Below, piece after piece: positions 53,359-64,000 of a DNA stretch of 64,000 nucleotides. The notes beneath the pieces were generated by a model. That model worked only from the letters and a program-made list of their open reading frames with translations. It searched no databases and was not told the origin of the DNA. Position numbers and translations under genes: made by a program. Source of the stretch: Moniliella sp. 'wahieum' (taxonomy: Eukaryota); assembly GCA_003971905.1 (NCBI GenBank), contig RSEE01000028.1, positions 248,001 through 312,000 of the forward strand, in the 5' to 3' direction. Position 1 is the first letter of the stretch, and each line of letters begins with the position of its first letter.

Positions 53359-56300
53359 TTAGCCGCGGCCGGGGGTCCCGCTCACTGCCGCCGTGGGAGA
53401 TGAGGGAGTGGGTTCCGAGAGCGTGAGGGTCAACTGATTCGACGTGGAGATGTGCGAAACAGGCGTCTTGGTAGGCTTGGCCCCTGAAGCAGGGCTAGGC
53501 GGGGTCGCAGTCCCAGTCGAGTGCAGTTGCGCCGCGGTGGGCGCTGGGGAGGCCATCACCCGGCGCAGTGCACGGAGCCAATACGCATTGTCGCCAGACG
53601 GGTCTTCGTAGTAAAACTGGCGTTTGGACGCTGTCGTGAGCACAAACGCTTTCGAACCGCGTGGCTCAAGGGAGAGCACCAGCTCGGGCTCAGTAGGGGC
53701 AGAGGAGGTAGCGTCTTGCTCTTCTACCGCCTCCGAAGGTTTGGAGGGCAGCGGGAAGACCGGGCCACCAGGCATCGACCAAGGCGCAAGCACAAACTCG
53801 ACCTTGAGAGTACCCTGGCCCAGGGGCGGCTTGACACACACCAAGCGTCCAAAGTCGGTCAGGACCAAGTCACGCCGTTTCGGCGAAAAGAGGTAGGCAG
53901 CACCCGACTTGCGCTGCAAAACAGGAGCTGCAAGAACAATGTTCTCCCCGGGACGGAGGCGCCAAGCATGGTCCACGGCCCCACTTGTTGTCGCAGATGC
54001 CTCGTCGGCAGCAGGGCTAGACTGAGCCAGGCCAGTTGCCTCATTCCGTCCCTCGGTGGACGGAGTGGGGGGCGTGCTGGGCTGAGCAAGGGTGTGGCCA
54101 AGCAGGCTGGATCGACGGAAGAATAGGCGCGATGGAGAGGAAGGCTTGGTGGCGTCTTGTCCTTGTACCACGCTGGCCAGCCCATGAACAGGAACCAGGG
54201 AAGAGCGCTCACCCGACGGGGCCGTACGGTGGCGTGGGGTCGCCGAAGTGGGGGAGGGCACGGGTGTGTTGGCCCCTGCCGCATATGACGCAGCGGACGA
54301 AATGATGGTGTGTGTGGGGGGCACAGCTGGGTTCGCGGGCATGCCCACCGGGTTCACGTGTGGAGCAGCAGCAGACACGGGACCTGGTGGGACGATCGAA
54401 GCCTGCGAGGCAAATTCAGACGAGGGGCGAGGTGCAGTGGCCGAGGCAGGCAGTGGTGCTGCTACTAGGAAAAGGCGTGCGCGCATCCGAGGTGGGTGTC
54501 GCGTGGGAGTGGTCGCCTTGGGCGCGAGCAAGGCCTTGGAGAGCTGCCGTTTCGCTTTTTGACGAAGCTTGCTCGACTTGAGCCTGTCTCGCACCTTGGA
54601 GGGCGAGGGACGGTCCATCTGCTGAGCCGATCCAACCGAGACGGGGCGGGTAGCGTGAGTCCTCGGTGGCAGACTCGAGGCAGAAGACTCTACGGGCCGC
54701 AGGGCATACCAGTCGGGGCCAGAAGCGGGCGGCCGAACGGGCATAGGCCCATTGCTCGTGTGACGCTGCAGGCTCGATTCGTACCCCGAAGGGGCAAGGC
54801 TGGAACGATCATCCAGCTCGTTGTCCGCATCATCCACCTCAGCGGCCTCGGCCACAGGAGCACCTGATATACTGCTTGTCCCTCCGCTAGTCAAGGAAGG
54901 TGACTTTTGATCCTGGGGGGTCACCCCTCATCCCGCCCAATGGCCGCTGAGGGCCTGCCGAGACGATCGAGGGCGAGCGGACAGACGCAGAGTACCTCTC
55001 ATCCTCTGTCGGTGCCATTTCGGATTCGGTGTCGAACATAGCAAAGACATCTTCCGTTTCCCCCTCTGGAGTTTTGGGACGCACAACGATTCCCGGTTTG
55101 AGCGACGGGGCAGGTTTCGTCCACAAGTCGCGCCACACCTCGGGGAGGGAGGCGTTGATGCTGTCGTCGGTGCCCGTAAGGGTTGCATCACCCTCGTGTG
55201 AACTGGTCCCTCAAAGTCGAGGAAAGGAGGGCAGATTCATCGCCCCTCACGTCAACTTGGTCTACTCCGTCAGAGCGGAAGAAAGGGTGGTGGACAAGGT
55301 CGGACCAACGAGCTTCGCCCAGGCGGTCTCGAGGTTCATGTTGAAGAAATGCCGAAACGAAGGAGCGGGCGGCGGGGGGAAGAGCAGCGGGGAACGTGAC
55401 CGGGTCGTGAAGAATTTTTTGGAAGGTGACATACTCGCTAGGCCCCCGGAAAGGCGGCACGCCAGCCAAGAAGTGTGTATATGACGGCTCCAAACGCCCA
55501 CCAGTCGCTCGCAGATGTGGTTTGTTTCGAGTCGAGAAGTTCAGGGGAGACGAATTCAGCGGTACCAACAAACGAGTTGGCTGTGTCTGCCCTAGGGGAG
55601 GGTTGCGCCTCCGACGTTGGCTCGTTAGATGTGATGACTGCCGACAGAGGGTGGCCCTGCGCGTCCCGATCAGTACACTTGGCTGAACCAAAATCAGTGA
55701 TGCGAATTCGCCACTGAGCATCAAGAAGAATGTTCTCCGGCTTCACATCGCGGTGTACAACACCTAACTTGTGAATGGCAGCCAGTGTCTGAGCAATCTG
55801 GGCTGCCCAGTAGCGGGTCAATTCCAGCGAGATCGAGCCCAGGCGGCGTACGTGAGATTGCAAGTCCCCATGAGGCGCCAGTTCCAAGACAAAGTCTGGT
55901 TAAATCAAAGAGGGTCAGACACGTGGGGTTTTCAACCAAGGGGCAGCAGTAACGTACAGAGACTATGACGGTCCTGGAATGTCCAGTACAGGGTAACGAC
56001 GCCCTTGAGCCGTACACACCGAGACAACGCCTCTTTCTCGATCCCGACGTAACGGCTTTTCTTTTCCCGCATGATGTGAACCTTATCCACACCTTGATCG
56101 CATACGCCGTCTTGCCTTGGGCTTCTGCCCGTTGACGCACCAACGAGGCCGCCGGCACTCCGGCAATCGCTTCTGCTGCCGAAACGCGACGATTGGGATT
56201 CGCATCCCCATTGAACCAAGGTGGGAGGGGTCCCCTGCATCCAGCGGAGTCGGCGCCTCCGTTGGCGGCCCGGAGAGTTCATCCCATGCCATCAAGACGG

Positions 56301-58623
56301 AAGAGTAAGATCCCTCGCCCAAGATCACCAAAGCTAAAGTCGCTCGGGCCACGCGGGGTGCGACGCTGGGCAGAGAGAGTCGCCTGTGCGGGTGTCGGTG
56401 TTTGGCTGGGTTGAATGCGGTGGGGAGTGACTGGGCCTTCGGGGGTGAAGCCAAGGCAGATGGCAGAGCTTGGCTGGGAGGAGGAGCCAATTTGGGAGTC
56501 CAAGGAGTAGGTGTGTGTGGTGACAGGCCGGTTGCCCGACAAGTAGGACGTCGAGACGGGTGTTGTGGCGCCGGGTGAGTTTGCCAGCTGACGGGTTGGG
56601 AACGGCATGGCCGCCGTGGGTGTACGAGGCGTGGCATTTTCCGTAGTTGACACGGAAAAAGGCGCTGTAAGAGTCCCATTGACGCGATCCGCCTTGATTA
56701 AGGAGGAACCTCGTTCTTCCCCCCGGGCGGCTAGAGCTGTATCGGGAGACAGACCGAAGGGGGTCCATTCCGCCTTGTTCTGCTGTGGCGACTGCCCACT
56801 GAGCACCGTGGCAGCCGAGTCAGCTGTCGTGGAGCGAGTAAAAGACGGACGAGGGGAAGGTTGAGGTGCCAAAGGGTCGTCCATGGCGACCGAAGCGGCG
56901 GCAGCTGCAGCGACAGCAGCTGCTCTCTCACTAGCTCCATCGGCACCTTGACGAAGATGTGGTGGCGCCGGCCGAATAGGAGGTTCGGCAGCCAAGCGCA
57001 CGTTACCTTGATCGGTGCTTGCAAGCGGAAGGAAACGGAGCCCTAGGCCGGCAAAGTCATCCGCCGTCAGAACACCTCCGCTCGATCTTGGGGAACGCCA
57101 TTTTCATCAACTAGTTCTTCTTGTGAGCGGGCAACTCCACCGCACCAGTACCCATACGCTCTAGCGCTGGAAGGCGCAACTCGGGAGCTGCCTCACGGCC
57201 CGATTCGCCAGTTTCGTCGGGTTGAGGAGCCACAATCGATATTTTTGGATGCGAGTCGTCAGCATTGCTGGAGTACTCGGTATCCCCATCCGCACCCTGA
57301 AAGGACAAAGACGGGAGAATTACGGATCCAGATTGAATAGGCGACGTTTCGGGATGCAGAGGAGGCCGCCGGTGAGGCGTGGCCTGCCCATCCAGTAGGA
57401 TGTCTGATGATGGCGGTGGGTTCAATGCAGACCACTTGACAAACTCGGCAGGGGTCAGGCGTTGGCGCCAGTACTCAGCTTGGGCGTGGTAGGGGTTTGC
57501 CCCTGCCGTCGCATCAACCAGGCCAGGCTCGGAATCGTTCAACGTGTCCGGCAAATACGCCGCTGCTGCCGAAGTGGGGGCGGGACAGGCGATGGTCGGA
57601 GCGGCAGAGATGGGACGGGACGAGGGGGAACGAGCCGAGTGAAGCGTGGGTGTTGTGCCTGTTTCTGGCATATTCGGGCTCGGCGTTTGTGCCTGGGACG
57701 GAATGGTGATGGTCTGGGTGGAGCTGCGCTGTTGAGGACGGGGAGGGCGGCACGGTAGGGGGAAGGCGGTGTCGCCGATGCGGAAACAGGGGAGGAGGCC
57801 ACCTGGGTTGCGGGGTTGGTGTCAAGCTGAAGGTGATTGAATTCAGGGACGAGGGGCGAGCTCATGTCCCGGCTACGTCGGTTGGAAAGCAGCGCGGCCA
57901 TCGGCGGGCGGGAGCCCAAGCCCGGAGCATTTCGAAATTGCCAGTCATGCGCAGTCTCTTTGGGGAGACGGCGCAAAGGCGCGGGGGAGTGTGCCATCGT
58001 CATGGGTCCGATGGCCGGCGTCAATGAGTTGGACGGAGAGTGCGATGGAGATCCGCCCAGCAAAGGAACAGGACGAGCGGTTTGAACGGACGACATGGAC
58101 CCCACCGAGGCGCCGTACATGGAAGGTGTGTGGGGTGGCGTCGAATGCGAGGCGGCAGCACCTGCGCCCGTGCCCGGGATTGGGCGGGCGGGAGAGGGAG
58201 AGTGCGCGCGACGGGGGGGGGGGGGGGGAGGGAAAGCAGGCGCGCGTCGCGGCCATCGTCGCGCGGGGGCGGCGACTGGGACTGGGGCAGGACGGATTCG
58301 AGCGTGGTTCCCGAGACGAGCACGGGCCGCTCTGCGCCGGCCGGCTGGCGGGGGGGGGGACAAGGGCTGCTGCGGGCGCGGCGGGCGGGGCGGGCGGCGC
58401 GTAGGCGGCGCGGACGTTGCCGAGGGGCGCGAGGCGGAAGGGGTGGCCTCGAGGGAGGAGGTGCTTGGTGGCGGAGCTGACGCTGCCGACGGACGTGGCG
58501 CGTTCGAGGGACGAGAGGGGCGGGTGGGCGGGGCGGGGCGGCGGCGGTGGAGCTGGTGGCGCTGAAGCGGAGGGGGTGCGGCGGGCGGTGCGGGATGCCT
58601 GCGGCGGTGCGCCGCTCGGCCAT
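53359..58623 (-). CDS. PKH1: PDK1/Pkh/Ksg1-type AGC kinase with long low-complexity N-terminus and C-terminal PH domain (start approximate; intron ~55897-55959)
   Basis: RGPSDFSFG..GEGSYSSV, HRDVKPENILLD..ITDFGSAK, ANSFVGTAEFVSPELL, PH-like KRRDLVLTD. Confidence 0.88.
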
Positions 58624-58967
58624 CGTCGGTGGGGGGGGCGGCGGCGAGGAGGCTGGCCGAGCAGATGCGGCCGGCGCGGCTGCGGGCCTACTCGCGAGTC
58701 TGGGGGCTGAGTCTGCCTGGGCCCAGCAGCCCCCTGCAGGTCACCTGACCGGGCGGAACGAAGAGCCGCTGGGCCTGTGCTGGCTGCAATTTGAAATGCA
58801 CAAACACACGTGACCAGCAGCGCTGCCCACGGCGACTGACCCTGCCTGCACACTCGCCCGCTGCCACGCACACTCGCCCGCTGCCTGGATATCGCATTCG
58901 CATTCGCCGTCGATGCTCGGCCCTGTCACATGTCACATGTCATCCCAAGCATCCTGCATCCCCCGCG

Positions 58968-60204
58968 CTACGCCGCCCACACCTGCAGGCGCGCGTCCCA
59001 GGACCCCGTGCACAGCGCCTGCCCGTCGGGCTGACCCCGAGGCACGACACCCGGCTCTCGTGGCCCGACAGCACCCCCACCCGCTCCATCTCAGCGTGTC
59101 CCACAGTTGCACCTGCGGCTCGTCGTGCGCCACGGCCAGCATGCGCCCCGAGTGCGTAAACGCCAGCGACGTGACCGGCTTGCGCAGCACCGGGTTCGAG
59201 TACTCGGCCAGCTCCCGGTCCGCCCGTAGATCCAGCAGCTTGCTCGTCCCATCCTCCGAGCCCGTCGCAAACCATTCCCATCGGGGAAAAAACTCACTGC
59301 GTTGATGTCCATCTCGTGCGCATGGAAGCTCTGCACCGATCCTTGGCACTGTCCACGCGTATCCCACAGCTTGGCGTAGCCATCGCACGCCCCCGAGAGG
59401 AAGAGGGACCGGTTGGTCGGGTGGAGAGCAAGGCCCATCACGTCGGCTGAATGTTCATAGTACGCACCTTTTGGTCGACCGGTTTCAATGTCCCAGAGCT
59501 GCAGCTCCGGTCGCCCGACGACGTCACCATTTCCCGGTCCGAAATGAAGCGGCAGTGCGACATGAAGGCCGAGTGGCCCACCAGCTCTCGGGCGGGCTGC
59601 GCGGCGTAGGACAGGGAACGATCGTGTCCGATATGGGATCATCCAGACTCGGCAGGCGAAAGACGTAGCACATTCTCCAGTCCGCCCGTGGCCACCAGAC
59701 GTCCGGAGGGGGAGTAGGCACAGTCCATGACCCATTGGAAGCGGAGAGGTAGGACATGGACCTTGTTGCTGGTGTATGCGTCCCATACCAACAGCTTTCC
59801 ATCCTGCCCGACCGACACGAGGTGCTGCGAGTCGGCAGCCCATTGGAGAGCGTATACTTTAGCAAGGTGGCCCTTGAGCGTGCGGCGTACGCGCAGCTGG
59901 GCGGTGCGGGGGAGGGGGGGAACGGTGCCTTGGCTGACGGCACGGAGTGTAGTATCCGCGAGGGCTTCCCTCTGTTGGGCGACCTGTGCTTTGAGGCCAT
60001 CGGCCGTGCGGCGAGCGTCGGCAATGCGACGCTGGAGGTGTTCGGCTTCCTCTATTTGCTGTGCTCGAGCAGCTGGGGTAAGGGGAACAGTGCCGGCGCT
60101 ACGCCCCTGAACATGGAGTGGCTGCTGCGCGGAGTGGAGACGGGTGGAGGTGGAGGAGAAGGAGCCGTTGGTGCGGGAGCCAGCGTGGCGAGAGGGTAGC
60201 TCAT
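58968..60204 (-). CDS. Heterotrimeric G-protein beta subunit (divergent)
   Basis: Coiled coil, then [65 protein letters not shown]. Confidence 0.92.
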
Positions 60205-60532
60205 GGCGGCAACCGAGCGGAGGCGAGGCGGGGAACACAACGGGTAGGTTGCTGGCGTCGGCCTGTAGTGGGAGGGGGAGTCAAGCAGGCCAAGGCAACA
60301 ATGCAGACGGGAGGATGCTCGCAGGGAGGTGAAGTTTGGAAGGAGCCAGGTGCAGAGGAGGGCTGGCCACTGGCCGAAGGGGCGGACGACAGCAGCGGTT
60401 TGCGTGGGGATTTGAGATGCGAGGACTGAGTGAGATATGGATGCGCCTGTCCAAGCAGCCCAAGCGCTGCCGCGCTCACGTCACCCCACCCTCCGGCCGC
60501 ACCCATGACGTGTGACATGTGACTCGCTACGA

Positions 60533-60573
60533 GTGACCAGTGACCAGTGACTAGTGACTAGTGACTAGTGACT
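60533..60573. repeat. Heptamer array (GTGACYA)x~6
   Basis: gtgacca gtgacca gtgacta gtgacta gtgacta gtgact. Confidence 0.9.
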
Positions 60574-61317
60574 GCCGCCCGAGGCAGTGTGGGGCACGTG
60601 GGTGGGATGCAGCAGCGTCACCCGTCACCCGTGTCGGTCATGCGTGGTGGGGAGGCACAACGCCAGTGTGGGCGCAGATGCGCCCTCGCTAACCCTGCCG
60701 TTTCCGCCACGTGCCAGGAGGCGCTGTGGCGCCCCGGAGATAAGGGCGACGGAAGGCCACGGCGCTGGACGGGCTACACGCAAAGGCCACGCAGTTGTCA
60801 TGGGTTCACCCATACGTTGCCATGCAACACCAGGAGGATGCATGATAATCGATAATCGATAGTCCCTGTCTTCCCCGGCCCTCTCTCGTACTTCCTCACT
60901 GCCTGCGTCCTCATACGCAGTCTACAAATACACCCCTTGTCCACACTGTGTTGCCAACAACCTGCACCACAATCATATAGGGCCTGCCACCAACATTAGT
61001 TGATGCCGCCATCTATACTCTTTGGGGGGTATCCCTACAAGGTGGGCCAATCTCTGTTGGAAGCGAAGAGATTACGCGAGTGCTAGTCGTTGATAATGCG
61101 ATAGCCCAGCGATCCCTTGCAGCAGCGTTTGTGGATACTGTTTTGTACCTGAGGCATGTCAAGCGCATGGGGGCGTGAGAGCGTGCGCCATTGTCCACCT
61201 ATGTACCAGACACCCTACTGTACCCCTTTTGATGGTCTCTCCTTGTGATGCATGCGATGCAAATAAACGGATGAACCAGTCAGTCATATGCTGCCCAAAG
61301 TCCCACACTCGGCCCCA

Positions 61318-61351
61318 TTACCGGTTACCGGTTACCGGTTACCCGGTTACC
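61318..61351. repeat. Heptamer array (TTACCGG)x~4.5
   Basis: Read directly. Confidence 0.9.
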
Positions 61352-61991
61352 TCTGCCCAGGTATTTTTGCTTTTCGCAGCTGCAAGTAAGAGAGCCACCC
61401 TCCATATACCACGATGCATTATCGGCATATCGATGATCACTCGTCGATCATGGAGGTCATCGAGATCATCGATCATCCTTCTGATCCTGCTGAGGCTGAG
61501 GCGCTGAGGCCAAAGAACAGATGGTGCAGGTCCAGTGCCTGTTGGGCTGTGCGCAGCGCAGCGAGGAGCGCGGATCCTCATTGGCCGGAAGGCCCACGGC
61601 GGCAACCGACGACGCGCTCGGGTGCCTGCTTGGGTAGCCACATATCGAAACGAGTGAGAGAGGCGCCGGAGATTGTCCTGAGGCTTTTGGCTGAGGGTCT
61701 GAGGATCTGAGATCTGATGCACTGATGTGCATGAGGCCTGAGGTCTCAGGGCGGATGATTGGTACACGGTGGCCAGTGGGTGGGTGGCGGCAGGCGGTGG
61801 CTGATGGGCTTGGTGTGGCTTGCAGTATTGGCAGTGTATCGGCGGCCATACTGGATACCAGATCATGCACCATGCCAGACCAGCCCACAGCCATCCAATG
61901 TCACACGGACAAATCACATGTCACAATCTCACATGTCACAATCTCACATGTCACATGCATGCCACATGACATTGTCACAGACGCTGTCAGT

Positions 61992-62024
61992 CGTGACGCG
62001 TGACGCGTGACGCGTGACGCGTGA
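61992..62024. repeat. Heptamer array (CGTGACG)x4.7
   Basis: Read directly. Confidence 0.9.
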
Positions 62025-62349
62025 TGCATATGCATGATCATCGACCATTCCGGCGCAATTTACCCCAGCAGGTCACGTGGGTGGCGCAACCCCCGTTTCG
62101 GGTGGAACGACCGACCCGAAATTTGGTCGTTCTGCCCGTCAACTCCAGTCCAGTAGCAGAGCATGACAAAGGCCTCTGACTCCTGACTTGGCGGCGGGCG
62201 GCAAGGGCAACATAGGTTCGAGCCTACCCGGCCCCACCACCGCCATCCCATCCTCCTCCTCTAATGAAGGGGCCATTTGGGTCAAAGTATATCCCCGCCC
62301 ACCGCGTCCCAGGAAGTGTTGTGCCCAATCCAGCTGTGCTGGCCTCTCC

Positions 62350-63116
62350 TTCCAGGGCAACAAGACGGTGCTAATTGACACCTACGCCGGCTTCACTTAC
62401 AACATTGTTGAGGACGTTGAGGTTCGTCGATGGCCGTGCTGATTTTTTTTTTGGCTTGGCTTTCTTCTCCCCCGTTCTGCTTCCGGCCAAACCACTAACC
62501 CCCTCCTTCGTCTGGTTTCGTGCAGTACCTAACTGATCTCGGGGCCGATGTCGTCGTCTTCCGCAACGACAGGGTCACGGTCGAGCAATTGGCGCAGCTC
62601 GCGCCGCACAAAACCTGGTCATCATCAGTCCGGGTCCAGGCCACCCGCTGAAAGACAGTGGGGAGTCTATGCCGGCCATCCACCTGTTTGCGGGGGCCTG
62701 ATTCCCGTTTTGGGGTCTGCATGGGCCTGAAAACGATGTAGGCCGCCTACTCGGGCGTGATGGAGTGTACGGGGGAAATTGTGCATGGCAAAATGTCGGG
62801 TGGAGCACAATGGCAAAGGTCTCTGTATGCTGCATTGGAAGTGGCTGGCGTGATCGGGACGCGCTACCAACATTCGCTCGCGGCCAACATCCATACCCTG
62901 CCCCCCCAGCTTGCTGTTACATCCAAGACCGCCTCGGGGGTGGTGATGGGCATCCAACACAGCCGCTAGGCCATGGAAGCCATCCAGTTCCACCCCGAGG
63001 GCATCCTCTCTCGCTTGGGCAAGGGCGTGATTGCCAATTTCCTTTCCTGGGCCTCTGGCTTCGGCTTATATTTTGACGGTCGTTTGCACTCGTATTTATC
63101 CGCACTAAGCTGGTGA
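62350..63116 (+). pseudogene. Truncated anthranilate synthase component II (class I glutamine amidotransferase) fragment
   Basis: VLIDTYAGFTYNIVE|intron|YLTDLGA, IISPGPGHP, LGVCMG, QFHPE. In-frame TAG at 62967-62969; no IGPS/PRAI domains follow. Confidence 0.75.
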
Positions 63117-63532
63117 GGCAGAAACGTACACAAGGGAATAGAATGGCCACAACAACTAACTTGGAATGGAGGGTGAAAGGTTCTTAACCGCTGGAACAAG
63201 AGGACGGTGCCATACCACGAGTGAAGGGTGACAGACGGGAGAACAACGAGAGAGGTACTAACCAGTTCGATGGAGCGGGGTTCTAATCGGAAGCGAGGCA
63301 AGTACTGAGATGATTTTGAAATGCTAGTGACAGCACAGTGTACGATGCAGGGCAGAAATGAGAGCAATGGCTGGTAAGTACAAATGCGCTATATATTTAG
63401 CTGAACGCAAAGGCGTAACCACATACAGGGGCAGACACAGGCCATATAATGCAAACTCTTGAGCAAACGAGCACAAATCGTACAGGGGAGGGTATAGGAT
63501 GAAGAAATAAACCAAATAGAGAGAGCACAACC

Positions 63533-64000
63533 TCAACAAAGAGGTGCAGCGGGGGGGGCGGGATCCCTACTTTTTTCCCGTTCCCGACGAGGCTCGTGTA
63601 GCCCGCCCAACATGCCCGTCCTTATCTTTCGGTCCTGCTTTCCAGGCGGGGGCGCATCGCGGGACGGGGAAGGAGTGGAATCAGACGGTGTAGGACCGGG
63701 GGTTGGAGTGGAGAGAGGAAGAGAAGGGGTAACTGACCGTGGTCCGAGCGGGGTGAAAGAAAGAACAGAGGAAGCGGTGCTAGCAATGCTCGTCCTTGAC
63801 TCTTCGACTCTCGTGCTCGACTCGGGAGGGAAGGCGTCGAGTTCGGCCCCCCGCTCCCAGTACTGATAGAGGAGCCAAACAGCGACGCCAGCACTCGGTT
63901 CTGCACCGCCTTGTCCCGTTCAATCTGGGCTTGAAGAGCCGCTAGCGGGACCCGCCCCGGCGGACCCACGGGCCGAACAGGTGGAATGGACGGAATGGGG
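63533..64000 (-). CDS. Partial ORF of unknown function running off the window edge (could be TE-derived)
   Basis: Coding-like Ser/Pro-rich frames (LAALQAQIERDKAVQNRVLASLF); no recognised motif. Confidence 0.3.

Noticed and set aside
62170..62240. GGTTCGAGCC B-box-like motif
   Set aside because: No acceptor, D or anticodon arms; probably part of the GATase 5' region.

Overview
Fungal nuclear DNA: GC-rich and intron-poor, most consistent with a basidiomycete of the Ustilaginomycotina (inference from gene style). About 20 genes are recognisable: RPB3, CYB2, a GH128 glucanase, THOC5, CDC16, PLC1, a SEC14-family gene, ATP1, SEC61, an epoxide hydrolase, an atypical MAPK, FAM72, DED1, an SH3 protein, LTV1, PDK1/PKH, a G-beta and a truncated TRP GATase. 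Nearly all of them, including essential genes, are broken by 1-bp indels. This points to an unpolished long-read assembly, so CDS boundaries are approximate. Mobile DNA comprises two 5'-truncated copies of a CRE-like (restriction-like endonuclease) non-LTR retroelement, one with a 10-bp TSD, and two tandem mini-Helitrons. The most unusual signal is intergenic: many unrelated 7-bp-period arrays share one rule, (T-N-A + 4-bp palindrome)n. All 12 G/C-containing 4-bp palindromes occur, which suggests a sequence-independent generating mechanism.
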